Shown here piece by piece: positions 38,559 through 48,460 of a stretch of DNA of 64,000 nucleotides. Each line of letters begins with the position of its first letter. The stretch's first letter is position 1. Source of the stretch: Basidiobolus meristosporus CBS 931.73 (lineage: Eukaryota; Fungi; Basidiobolomycota); the NCBI GenBank assembly GCA_002104905.1, contig MCFE01000467.1:1-64000 (forward strand), in the 5' to 3' direction. The notes below the pieces were generated by a model. That model did no database searches, was not told where the DNA came from, and worked only from the letters and a program-made list of their open reading frames with translations. The position numbers and the translations under genes were made by a program.

Positions 38559-39190
38559 ATGACCACCAATCTACAAGCCCATATCGACAAGCTAATAAAG
38601 AGGTACTAAGACGTCTGGTACATTGCCGTCGGAAAAGTTACTGATGTTTTCCACAGAGTAGATGGACTTGAAGCCGTTCTGATAACCGACAGGGATGGTG
38701 TCATCATTCTTCAAGGTATCTCGGGTTAAATGAGAGTGGCAAGAATCAGTTTGTTTGTTAAGCATTATTACGTGGACAGCCTCCGGAGAAAATGCATCTT
38801 CCAAATTGCTGGAGCCCATACTTTCCAATACCTTTGTGGTAGCCAGCGATCAGGTACGCTTCTCGAGGACGGCCCCACGCCTTTCGCACGACTAATGGAC
38901 CCTTCGCACTAGGCTAGTAAGCTCGGGCTCAAGAAGAACCACAGTATAGTGAATATATTTGGCCTACATCAGATAGTGCAGTTCAACTTTTTCCCCTCGT
39001 GCTGTCACTTGTGGCCGACGCCGAAGCCAACACAGGTACGGTAAACATGTCTCCACGCTTCGTTGAATGTACCGCTAAATCGGAAACATGCACAGGTGTA
39101 TTGATGGACCTCGGAAATGAGCTCAAGCCCCTGACCGATGTCATCATTGCCGCGATTAGTGAGCAGAAGCCGAAAGACGACGAGCAGTAA
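38559..39190 (+). CDS. LAMTOR3: Ragulator subunit LAMTOR3/MP1, 5 exons, apparent 1-nt frameshift at ~38990
   Basis: VDGLEAVLITDRDGVII, ASDQASKLGLKKNHSIV, QIVQFN..PLVLSLVA...ANTG.LMDL..EL.PL match the MP1 roadblock fold. Confidence 0.85.
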
Positions 39191-39281
39191 TAAACAGGAA
39201 TAAACAGCATTCATCCATATTATGAAGATTGGTTTATTTGTACATGTGAGGTGGGAACGAAGGAGCAAATAGAGGAACTTT

Positions 39282-40463
39282 CTAGGCATCCACATGGGCT
39301 AGGAAGTCATCGATGTTCAAGTAAACCCCTCTGAAATGGCGGGGTCCGGAGAATCCGGTGCGGGCGTGGAGCATCTGGTAATTGTTGTAGAGGACCAGGT
39401 CGCCAGACTTCAGGGAGAAACGAAGCTGGTTCTCAGGCTGGCGTACGAAGGAGGAGAATCGATTGTAGGCCCGGTACCACTCCTCCATCAACTCGAAGGA
39501 GGTTTGGTGCGGGGCCATGGTGAAGTAGGAGTATCTGATCTTTCGGATGGTGGGCTCTTCCAAGGTGGAGCCTGGAGTGAGCTCGATGATGGGCGTGCGC
39601 AAAGACTTCTGGTATTTGGCTTGCTTGCGGTCGAATTGGATGGGAATGCTGGCCAGAAGATCAAACGCGTGACGATCCAACTCGTTTCGAAGGTAGAGTG
39701 CGGATTGCACCGAGTTCACCAGATAGCTGTCCCCACCCTCGGTAGCTGGGGTAATGCATTGCAAGAACTGGATCCCTGGTGCCTCCTCCATGTAGGGCAG
39801 ATCGGTATGAAGGTCAACCCCGTGGTTGGTGTATCCCAGCTGGTCGGTGTTGCTGTTGGTCTTGTTGTCGGTCCGAAGATCCTCGATGCGACCGAAATGG
39901 GAACTGATGACCTCCTTGTCTTCGGCTATGAAGTCGTGGATGATTTGCTCGGTATCGAGTCCTCGATTGCGGATGACCACTGCCCCATGCAGCTTGAAAC
40001 GCTCGGCAATTGCCTTATGGTACGCTTTGAAGCCCTCTGCGGAGAGCGGGTGGCCTGCACTTATGTCCTCCTGAGTGGGAGGGTACTGCTCGAGGTACTC
40101 TTGGAAATCGACCTCCACCTTGCTCGTGTCACTCACTGGGAGTGGGGTGGCTTGGCGATTTCTGGCATAGGCGTATTCGTTGAGGAATGCGAATGAGTAT
40201 GTGGATGCATGGCCATCGTCCCATTCGATGGCAATGCCTTCCACCCCATCTTCGCTTTTGACGACCTGCTTGGGAGTAACTGACAAGGGAATCTGGGTGG
40301 AATCGATAATCCTCTCGCCAGTCTGGGGATGTCTGCAGCCGTTGAAGCAGGGGCAGTTGTGACGGAGCCAGAAATGGTGGAAATCGGCGTGGTCGTCGGT
40401 GGCGGGGAAGTAGACGCGCAGGTATGTGGAGTAGATGGAGGCAAGAGTATGTTCCGGGACCAT
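39282..40463 (-). CDS. Fe(II)/2-oxoglutarate dioxygenase, gamma-butyrobetaine/trimethyllysine hydroxylase-like (TauD family), intronless, 393 aa
   Basis: N-terminal Zn/DUF971-like WLRHNCPC..CRHP.T.ER, W.DGH.S.Y; HTD triad motif; GGDS..V; YNNYQMLHARTGF..RH.RG.Y. Confidence 0.88.
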   Translation of the reverse strand: MVPEHTLASIYSTYLRVYFPATDDHADFHHFWLRHNCPCFNGCRHPQTGERIIDSTQIPLSVTPKQVVKSEDGVEGIAIEWDDGHASTYSFAFLNEYAYARNRQATPLPVSDTSKVEVDFQEYLEQYPPTQEDISAGHPLSAEGFKAYHKAIAERFKLHGAVVIRNRGLDTEQIIHDFIAEDKEVISSHFGRIEDLRTDNKTNSNTDQLGYTNHGVDLHTDLPYMEEAPGIQFLQCITPATEGGDSYLVNSVQSALYLRNELDRHAFDLLASIPIQFDRKQAKYQKSLRTPIIELTPGSTLEEPTIRKIRYSYFTMAPHQTSFELMEEWYRAYNRFSSFVRQPENQLRFSLKSGDLVLYNNYQMLHARTGFSGPRHFRGVYLNIDDFLAHVDA

Positions 40464-41204
40464 GGTTGAGAAGGTGTGTAGAGAAAGTCAAGCGGTTGTA
40501 ATGATTGACAGAAGGCTGGGCTGGCCGACTTATAAGTGTAGGTTGACCTCAGCCAGCCTTAGACCAGCCTCATATTGCGCCATCATTAGCGATGATGAGT
40601 TGGAACATGCTACGGATGGCGTGATTTTAGACAAGTTGACTAAATGTTCAGTCGAAAGATGACTAATGCTACCAACACTTGATAGGTCGCCCAGCATCAT
40701 CCCGCCAGGGCAACGATGATCCATGAACGCGAGCGTTTAGGATGGCGAGAGAATGCCACCAATTCTCCAGAGTTGGATGGGCGAGCACCAATCCTTCAGC
40801 TGCGTCCAGTTTAGCCACGGTTCTCATCGTACATCAGTCTGCGCTTTGTGCAGGCTCGGTTAGGTGATACAAGCATTGGAACAGCCTGCTGCGATTCGCC
40901 TGTACTGGCTGGGAAGCTGGGAAGCTGTGATGTATAAAGAGTAACCTAGGTTTATTCCATATTTCTTGGAGGTGTACAAAATGGATACAACTTTCCCTAT
41001 TTGTTGGTCTATTTTCCATTTTTGGCTCTTTGTGCATAGCGCTGGTATTGGTTGGGTAGTTGGGCACCTACCAAGAATCTTATGAGCTACTAGCCGTTTC
41101 AAACATACCAAGTCACCTTTCTTGGCTGTACATACCCAATATTCCACTGTTACTCTTTTTCGTGCAAATTACAAAGGGTCGAGCCTTTGTTTGAGTGAGA
41201 TTTC

Positions 41205-43424
41205 ATGGGGTCAGAAGAAGGCTCCGAACTCCAATATGCTATGGGAGGCACCCCTCCAGGCGACACTTATTTCGACGACAATTTGGTATTCAACGTTCAA
41301 CAGCGTACAGAGTTGAACTTCTACGTGCGGTATGTGGTGAAAGATGTTTGGAGGCAACTTTCCTTTCCGAGGACCGAAACTGTTGCGCATGCAAAGCAGA
41401 TGTGTCTTGTAAAGTGCGGCATCACCTCTCAGCAGAATCTGTCTTTCCCTACTCCAGTTTCCTCAAGTGTGTCTTCAGACCGGGACACTGAGAATTCGGA
41501 CGAGTCACTATCTACAGAAACCGACTGGACCATGGAGTACGGGTTATTTTGGCCCGCCGCTGTAAGCCATGTAACCACTGTTTGCTTCCACGGCCTATTT
41601 ACCGAGTTGTTTTGAAACATAGGGACATTGGCTAGATGACTCTAGACGCCTAGCTACCTATCAATTCGCACCACAGGTAATTACTTCCCTCAGTTACTCT
41701 TTCAAATCCGACCATCGACTGATTTACCCGTCGCCATTGCTTTGACAGGATATAATCGAGGTGCAACAGCGCAACAACTTTATTCTATTGCCAGTGAGTG
41801 CGATTTTGCCTGAGTCTTCTGTTTGACTGGTTGTTCATCATATCCTATCTACAGATGTTGAATTACTTCGATAGCTATGCCGAAGGTTATTTGCTAAAAA
41901 GATGCGGTAGAGGCCTTTCGCACAATTGGGGCCTGCGATGGTTCTGCTTGCGTGGCAAGCTGATATGTTACTCGCGTAAAGCCAAGGTAAATGCATGTCA
42001 CATACTCGCCACCAGAGGAAAATCAAACGTATTCATCTCCGAGGTTACAGGACTTTTCAAGCGCCGTCGTACATATCTATGACCCCTTCTTATTCATGGA
42101 GGAGTCCCATTTTAAATCAGATGAACATAGCCTACAGTTCTCAATACAGTTTCCCAACAAAACATTGGAATTGAAAGCCACCACCCATCAGGCAAGTGCA
42201 ATCCAATGACTGAACAGCTGCTGCCTGGTGCTGATTGCTCTGTTTCTAGGAGTTCGTACACTGGCGCCGGGTCTTCCAAAACCTTCAGAGGAAAGAGTTC
42301 CTTAGCGCGACCACGCCGCAAGACTGCAGAAACCATATCGCCAACATGGACCAAATCCACAGAGGTGAAAGCAACTGATCACCTAGCGGAAAGGAACGAG
42401 CCAAGGGCCAGGACCAAATCACTCGTATCAATCTTCACCAGTAATATAAGACGACCAGCAATGCTATTTTTACACACCTGCTAATACTCTGTTTTGATCT
42501 CCAGAAACCAGCCACTTTATACCAAAGACCCGCCGAGAAAGCAACCCAGTGGACACAGTGCCGGAGCAAGTGATGCCAGTGCTAAGAGCATACTTTCAAA
42601 CATGCGGTGAGCCAGAGTCTGTGTATGTTGGCGTAAAGCCAAAGAGATTGTTCATATTCAAAAACGGCACTGTATGTGAAATCCCATGACCGTGCTTATA
42701 CGCGATGTGCTAACACCTATTACACAGCATTCCCACCACAAAGAGCGTACCATATCTTTGACGAACACCATTGTAGAAGTGGAACATCACTCAGCTAGCC
42801 GTTTGATGTTTGCCTTCAGCATAAAGAACTCTGCACTCGATATAATAAACACCCCCGGCGGCACCATTGGGAGACTTTATGTTGAGAATGAGGTCGAAGT
42901 GAAGGAGTGGCTGACAGTATTGATTGAAAAAGCGGGTAGGTATCCAAGCCACTTGTGCCTGTGATCAATCAGACTAATAGCCCTTGAAACCCATCATAGA
43001 AGTGCAAGTTTCCTTTGCAAACATCAAGCCATTCATATCTGAAATCATCACATCAGAGCCTGATGACGGATACTCCGCGTCCCCACCCACTACGCCCACG
43101 AGTCTATATGGCTCGGACTTTACCAATTTTCCCTTCACCGCATCCAAACACAGCATCCCCAATCGACAAAGCCTCAAGGATTACTTTGAAGAGGTACTCA
43201 CCCACCCCGCGCATTGTCTCCTCTCACTCATATTAACGAATATTCTGCAGCTGCACACCACAACAAAAGCGGTAGGTATCTCTAACCAGCTGTCAGAAGA
43301 TACCGACATCTCGCGATCAGCCCCTACGCCCGCACCACACTGCTTCAACTCTCATAGGATCACCAAAAAAACCTCGCAACGCTTTCCCGCCACATTTTGG
43401 AAGCGTCGAGGCTCCATCATATGA
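41205..43424 (+). CDS. Talin-F0-like ubiquitin fold plus two PH domains, multi-exon
   Basis: F0-like: FYVRYVVKDVWRQLSF..TVAHAKQMC..YGLFWP..GHWLDDSRRL..Y; PH1 EGYLLKR..WGLRWFCLRG..LELKA..EFVHW; PH2 YVGVKPKRLFIFK..RLYVENEVEVKEWL; central exon structure uncertain. Confidence 0.7.
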
Positions 43425-43795
43425 AGTCAGACTAATCCAACCAAACCCGTGTAATCATAGGAGGGCTCTGAATACGCATAATCACAAGTGGTGTATATTG
43501 TTAACCACCAAGTTCCAATTTTGTTCATTTGTAAATTAAAGCTTGCCCCATTAATCACTACCCACCGACGATGTTAAAAGCACAGTTTAATACTTTCCTA
43601 TGATTAAAGAATAGTGGAAGGCTATATACCAGAAATGACGTACTAGGAGGTGTGGTAGAGGAGAACCAATGTACAGGAACCCATAGACGCTGAGTTGGAG
43701 CATGGTGTTCGGCTTTAAACAAGCTTCTTTGAAAGGGGGATTCTATGGTTGCGGCAACAAAGAAATGTGCGAAAGCGGTTGACGTTGGTCAACAG

Positions 43796-44603
43796 TTAGA
43801 AGTCATAGTCGTCATCTTCGTTTCTTTTACGTTTCCAGGCGGGATCGCTAGCGGTGTTTGGTGTGGGGGCCAACGAGCCTAATCCGGCGCCACTAAGCGC
43901 TTGCGCCTTGAAAGAGACTTCATTTTGAGAAGTCGATGTCTGAGGGGCTGATTGCTCAAGGGTAGAGCGCACGTGTGGTGGTGGTGGCAGCGGTTGCGTA
44001 CCCTGAATATTCCACACGAAGGAGGTTGGTCAACCAATAACAAACGTAACTAACGAAAAAATCCAAGAATGGTACCTCAGGGACGATCTGGAAGTTGACA
44101 GCAGTTAGGCAATAACGTTCCGGTGGCAAGCGGATGCCGTACTTCTCAGGAATCAGTGGCAAAGGCACTTTGTTCTTCTCTTCCGCCAACTCTAGCAGAA
44201 ACTAACGACGTAGAATTCTTAGTTATGGCTCAGTTGAATAGATGCTCGATTTTAGGCAACCTCTTTAGGGGGTGGCGAAGTGAAGGAATGATTAACACGA
44301 CCCTGAATGGCGAGACGGATGTCTTCCAGATCGACATCGTTCTTATTGGCGTGTTCTGAATATACGAGAGCGTCCTGAAATACATCCACAGTATAGCCTT
44401 AAACAATCGACCATCAACAAATCTTCTATTAGTAAGCTTCATCTAGACGAAACAAACTCCATCCTCAACGTACGATGTGCAAATTCCATCAACTGATGGA
44501 TCACTCTGGGCTCACAATCCTCAACGCCCAAGCTTTCCAGGATCAAAGAAACCAGCTTGGCATCGTTGGGAACCGGCTGGTGTTCGCTATTGGAATTAGA
44601 CAT
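43796..44603 (-). CDS. TAF9: TFIID/SAGA subunit TAF9, 4 exons
   Basis: [27 protein letters not shown]...[41 protein letters not shown]. Confidence 0.95.
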
Positions 44604-44821
44604 TTCGGGTAAGGGAGTTCAGCGGTTGCGTGCGATACTGAGGGGATTTTTTCGGTGATTTTCCTCCAGCATCCAAACCCAAAACCAAACCACCAGATCC
44701 ATTAATATGGAATCATCCTATTCATCAGATAATGCGGCTTGCCTCGCATTCTCAGGGAAAATTTTTCCTCATTCAGATTCGCCAGGAACACGTTTAGTTT
44801 GGTGATTAAATCCCTCCAGAC

Positions 44822-44842
44822 ACGCGTTATTCCATGACGCGT
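44822..44842. promoter_or_regulatory. Two MluI cell-cycle boxes (ACGCGT) in the TAF9/H2B divergent promoter
   Basis: ACGCGT at 44822-44827 and 44837-44842; inverted CCAAT at 44986-44990 and TATAAA at 45045-45050 lie between them and H2B. Confidence 0.55.
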
Positions 44843-45107
44843 TGGAGCGGACCAACGTCATTTGATGGGAAGCAATAAAGTGACTATCCTTGTATCCGCC
44901 AATCACACGGCGACCAAATTTGGATGTTGCCTTCTTCAAAATCAAAATGTTTATATGTGAATCCAAATGGCTGATGGCTTCACTGATTGGACGGTAAGCT
45001 CAGGGATTGAGGCACCGTGAAAATCGAAACAGACTAGAGTTTGATATAAATGGTAGATGGGATTTTGCCTGACCTCAACCAAACTTTACTTTGTTACTTG
45101 AATCACC

Positions 45108-45455
45108 ATGGCTCCCAAAGACGCCCCCTCTAACGTTGAGAAGAAGGAAGGAGGAAAATCCAAGTCTAAGTCCAGAAAGGAGTCCTACGCCTCTTACATT
45201 TATAAGGTTCTCAAGCAAGTCCACCCCGATACTGGTATCTCCAACAAGGCCATGTCCATCATGAACTCCTTCGTCGTGGATATCTTCGAGCGTGTTGCCG
45301 AAGAGGCCTCCAAACTTGCCGCTTACAACAAGAAGAGCACCATTTCTTCTCGCGAAATCCAAACCGCCGTTAGACTTTTGTTACCTGGTGAGTTGGCTAA
45401 GCATGCCGTTTCCGAAGGAACCAAGGCTGTTACCAAGTACACCAGTGCCAAATAA
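45108..45455 (+). CDS. HTB: Histone H2B with short N-tail, intronless
   Basis: [61 protein letters not shown]. Confidence 0.98.
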   Translation: MAPKDAPSNVEKKEGGKSKSKSRKESYASYIYKVLKQVHPDTGISNKAMSIMNSFVVDIFERVAEEASKLAAYNKKSTISSREIQTAVRLLLPGELAKHAVSEGTKAVTKYTSAK

Positions 45456-45802
45456 GCACCTCTTCCCACTTGATTTTGTAAATATATCTCAGTTGTAGCA
45501 AGCTATAAGTAATAAAATAAAGCAATCGAAACTTATTTAAGCCTTACTCTCTAGTCGTGGTATGGTATAGAATTGGCTTTTGGGGAGCTTGACCAGAGCA
45601 TTGCCCTTTGTGAGCACTGTAAAACACACGCGAATCAGACTGTTGACGTATGCATTGTGGGCCACCGCTCACGTGACAAGCAAAGCAAAATTGGGAGATT
45701 TATACAGGATATCATATTTGATGTTTATTGTTCTGATGAGTTACAACACCGAGGTGTCTAATGCGATATTGTGTACATGCAATCTAGGTGAATGTGGGGA
45801 AT

Positions 45803-46126
45803 TTAAGCAGTGGATTCCTTGAGGTAGGCAACGCAGTCAGCGCGATCCTTGGGCTTCTTGAAACCAGCGAAGGCCATCTTGGTTCCGGGGATGTACTTCT
45901 TGGGGTTCTCAAGGTAGTCGAAGAGAGTCTCCTCATCCCAAGTGACAGCCTTGTTGATGTTGGCAGCAGTGAAGGTGAAGCCCTCGGTGGTACCAGACTT
46001 ACGACCGAAAAGTCCGTGAAGGTTGGGACCAACCTTGTGGGGACCACCAGCTTCGACAGTGTGGCATTGAGCACAACGGGTCTTGAAGAGCTTAGCTCCA
46101 GCTTTAGCGTCACCAGTAGTAGCCAT
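45803..46126 (-). CDS. CYC1: Cytochrome c, intronless
   Basis: CAQCH heme motif, [23 protein letters not shown]. Confidence 0.99.
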   Translation of the reverse strand: MATTGDAKAGAKLFKTRCAQCHTVEAGGPHKVGPNLHGLFGRKSGTTEGFTFTAANINKAVTWDEETLFDYLENPKKYIPGTKMAFAGFKKPKDRADCVAYLKESTA

Positions 46127-46547
46127 TTTTGAATGAATAGGGAAGAGAGAGGCGGATTGTAGGCCCCGCTCAAAATCTTCACTTTATACCTTGGCCGCTT
46201 GCAACAGCCGATCCCATTTGTCTAATCGAAATTTGATTTCGGCAAGTACTTTGCTTAAGGTGAGTGCATATTCACCAATAGCGGAGTTCCGATGCGATTT
46301 CTCGGCTGGACAGCTTGGTTCCTAGGGCAATAAAGGCGATTGCCGCTGCTGATTGGCCAGCACGGACACCAACATGCATAGGGTAATTGGTGGAATCCCC
46401 CGGGTTTTCCCGGCCATCCCCAAACGTTGGATTAGCCATTTGGGTGGCAGCGTTAGGAGCCCCACACAAATCCACCACTAGTTCGTAGGGAAATGATAAT
46501 GATTGCGTTTAATTAAAACAACACAAGGATGATTAAATAGGTTTAGC

Positions 46548-47024
46548 TCAGATTTGGTAGGCACCAATGATAACAAAGGCTATGGCTAGCAGGGTTTGGT
46601 AGGATGCCCCTGGGAGCGTGGTTGATGCATTCAGGATCGGGTTGACAGATGGTTTGTTCATGGAGGGGTCTGCCGAGGAGGAAGGGTTGGGGAGTGTCGC
46701 GGTGGGGCTGATGAGCGAGGGGGTTGCTGTCACCTTGGAGCACCATTTGGTAACCTCCTGTTGTTGTGAGCTTCCAATAGATGAAATGCTAGGATCGCGA
46801 GAGCAGAACGAGATACATTGCATCAGGTTCTGAGCTTGCTTACAGTGGCAAGAGAAGTCAGTCTCCATGCACTGGGCACTCATAGCATTGTTGCGACAAA
46901 GGTTGTAAGTGTCGGCTGCCTCGCACTTGCTACCCACTGCGGGCACTGCTGGAAGATAGGAAACAGCTGCGTTGGCTGTCATGAAGTAAAAGAAGAGCGA
47001 GAGAGCAAGGAGGGAGACTTTCAT
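46548..47024 (-). CDS. Secreted, probably GPI-anchored 8-Cys Ser/Thr/Pro-rich cell-surface protein
   Basis: Signal peptide MKVSLLALSLFF, eight Cys in a compact domain including CxC, S/T/P stalk, hydrophobic C-terminus. Confidence 0.8.
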   Translation of the reverse strand: MKVSLLALSLFFYFMTANAAVSYLPAVPAVGSKCEAADTYNLCRNNAMSAQCMETDFSCHCKQAQNLMQCISFCSRDPSISSIGSSQQQEVTKWCSKVTATPSLISPTATLPNPSSSADPSMNKPSVNPILNASTTLPGASYQTLLAIAFVIIGAYQI

Positions 47025-47433
47025 GATGAATATTGGTTCTAGTGTGTTGGTTGATGTGGATTGAACCCTCTTTTATACAGTCGCAGGTACTTCCCTAGAA
47101 GCCCTGCTGTTGACCGAACGCGTTGCTTTACCTTAGCATCGCCCTGCATTGTGCACTCAACTGTTCACACTATGATATTTCGATGCTCAGGCACATCTGG
47201 TGGATATTCCCAGCATTACAGCCGATACATTCTGTTCTGCTAGGTGGCATGAAGCTACAGCCGAAAAGGGAGCAATTCTAAACCATTCCTAGTAAGATCG
47301 GCATTTAGTACAGTTCAGTCCCCCTGATTCTGTGACGGCAGTCGACACCGGCAGATTTCTTGGTGGTGACTGCTTATCCTCCCTTTTTTATTCCAATTTA
47401 AGCTTATGCCTCCATTGGGTTTCCTTTGTAATC

Positions 47434-48279
47434 ATGAGTGAACTCACCCAACGCAAAGCGACCCAAACAGAAGAAAAGTCCAAAAGTATCAACGTTAAAG
47501 GTTCTCAACATCCTCCAAAGTCACTCTTGAGGCTCATGAAGGATGCAAGGAACCTGGTACTTGCCCTGGTGGCTTTCTTCTTAGTTACGTCGTATCTCCT
47601 CACTGGCACCTTCACCTGGGGCGTTCAAAGCAAATACACCAACTGGAGTAATTGGATCCCAGTAAGTCCGCCCTATTCTTCACCTCCATTGGGAGTGAAT
47701 GTTCTCTGACTTGCCGTGCTCTGTGTGAATATAGAGAAAGAAGCTACTGCTTTCCGAGTCGGAGCTTAGTCTGTACAACGGGGAGGATCCCAAACTTCCG
47801 GTGTACATAGCCATAGAGTAGGTTGGATTTGGAGGCGCAGACATATACTTTGGTTAAACAAACATTCCTTCTTTACAGTGGAGAGGTATATGATGTTACC
47901 CCTGGAAAGGAGTTCTATGGAAAGGTGCATGTGGTTGCTTCGTACTATCGTCTGACAACCCAACATTGAGCAATTCGTTTCTTTTTAGGGGGGTGGGTAC
48001 GGATTCTTTTCTGGACGGGACGCAAGCCGTGCTTTCGCAACCGGCTGTTTTAAGGAGCATCTTACATACGATTTACGTGGGTTGTCATTGGCTCAACTTG
48101 AGGTAAATCGTATATTACTTTCATATATTCTAGGTTCTAAACTGAGACCAATTACATAGAGCTTGAAAGGATGGAAGGAATTTTACAGCAACCATCACAG
48201 TTATTTTCACGTAGGAAGGGTAGTCCACCCACCCATCGACCCAAAGTCCCCAATCCCAGTGGATTGTAATGCTCCATAG
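47434..48279 (+). CDS. Cytochrome b5-like heme/steroid-binding protein (MAPR, neuferricin/Dap1-like), 5 exons
   Basis: TM anchor, ELSLYNGEDPKLPVYIAIDGEVYDVT.G..FYG.GGGY..FSGRDASRAF.TG, W..FY..H..YFHVG. Confidence 0.9.
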
Positions 48280-48460
48280 CCTGTTGGATCAACCCATCAG
48301 CGATATAGACAGATGTCTATGTGATGAAATAAAGCAATGCCAATGCGATACCCATAAATCATCGCCATCTTGGGGAGAGCAGTCATCCATATAAATAGCT
48401 GATGATTGGTACAAGAAAATTTCGTTTTTTCATCAAATCAGATAGACGTCAAGCATATAT

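Noticed and set aside
42270-42503. Possible fifth frameshift in the PH-domain gene (AAAA run near 42280)
   Set aside because: A ~139-nt intron from GTGAAA (~42365) to 42503 restores the frame without an indel, so it is ambiguous and not counted
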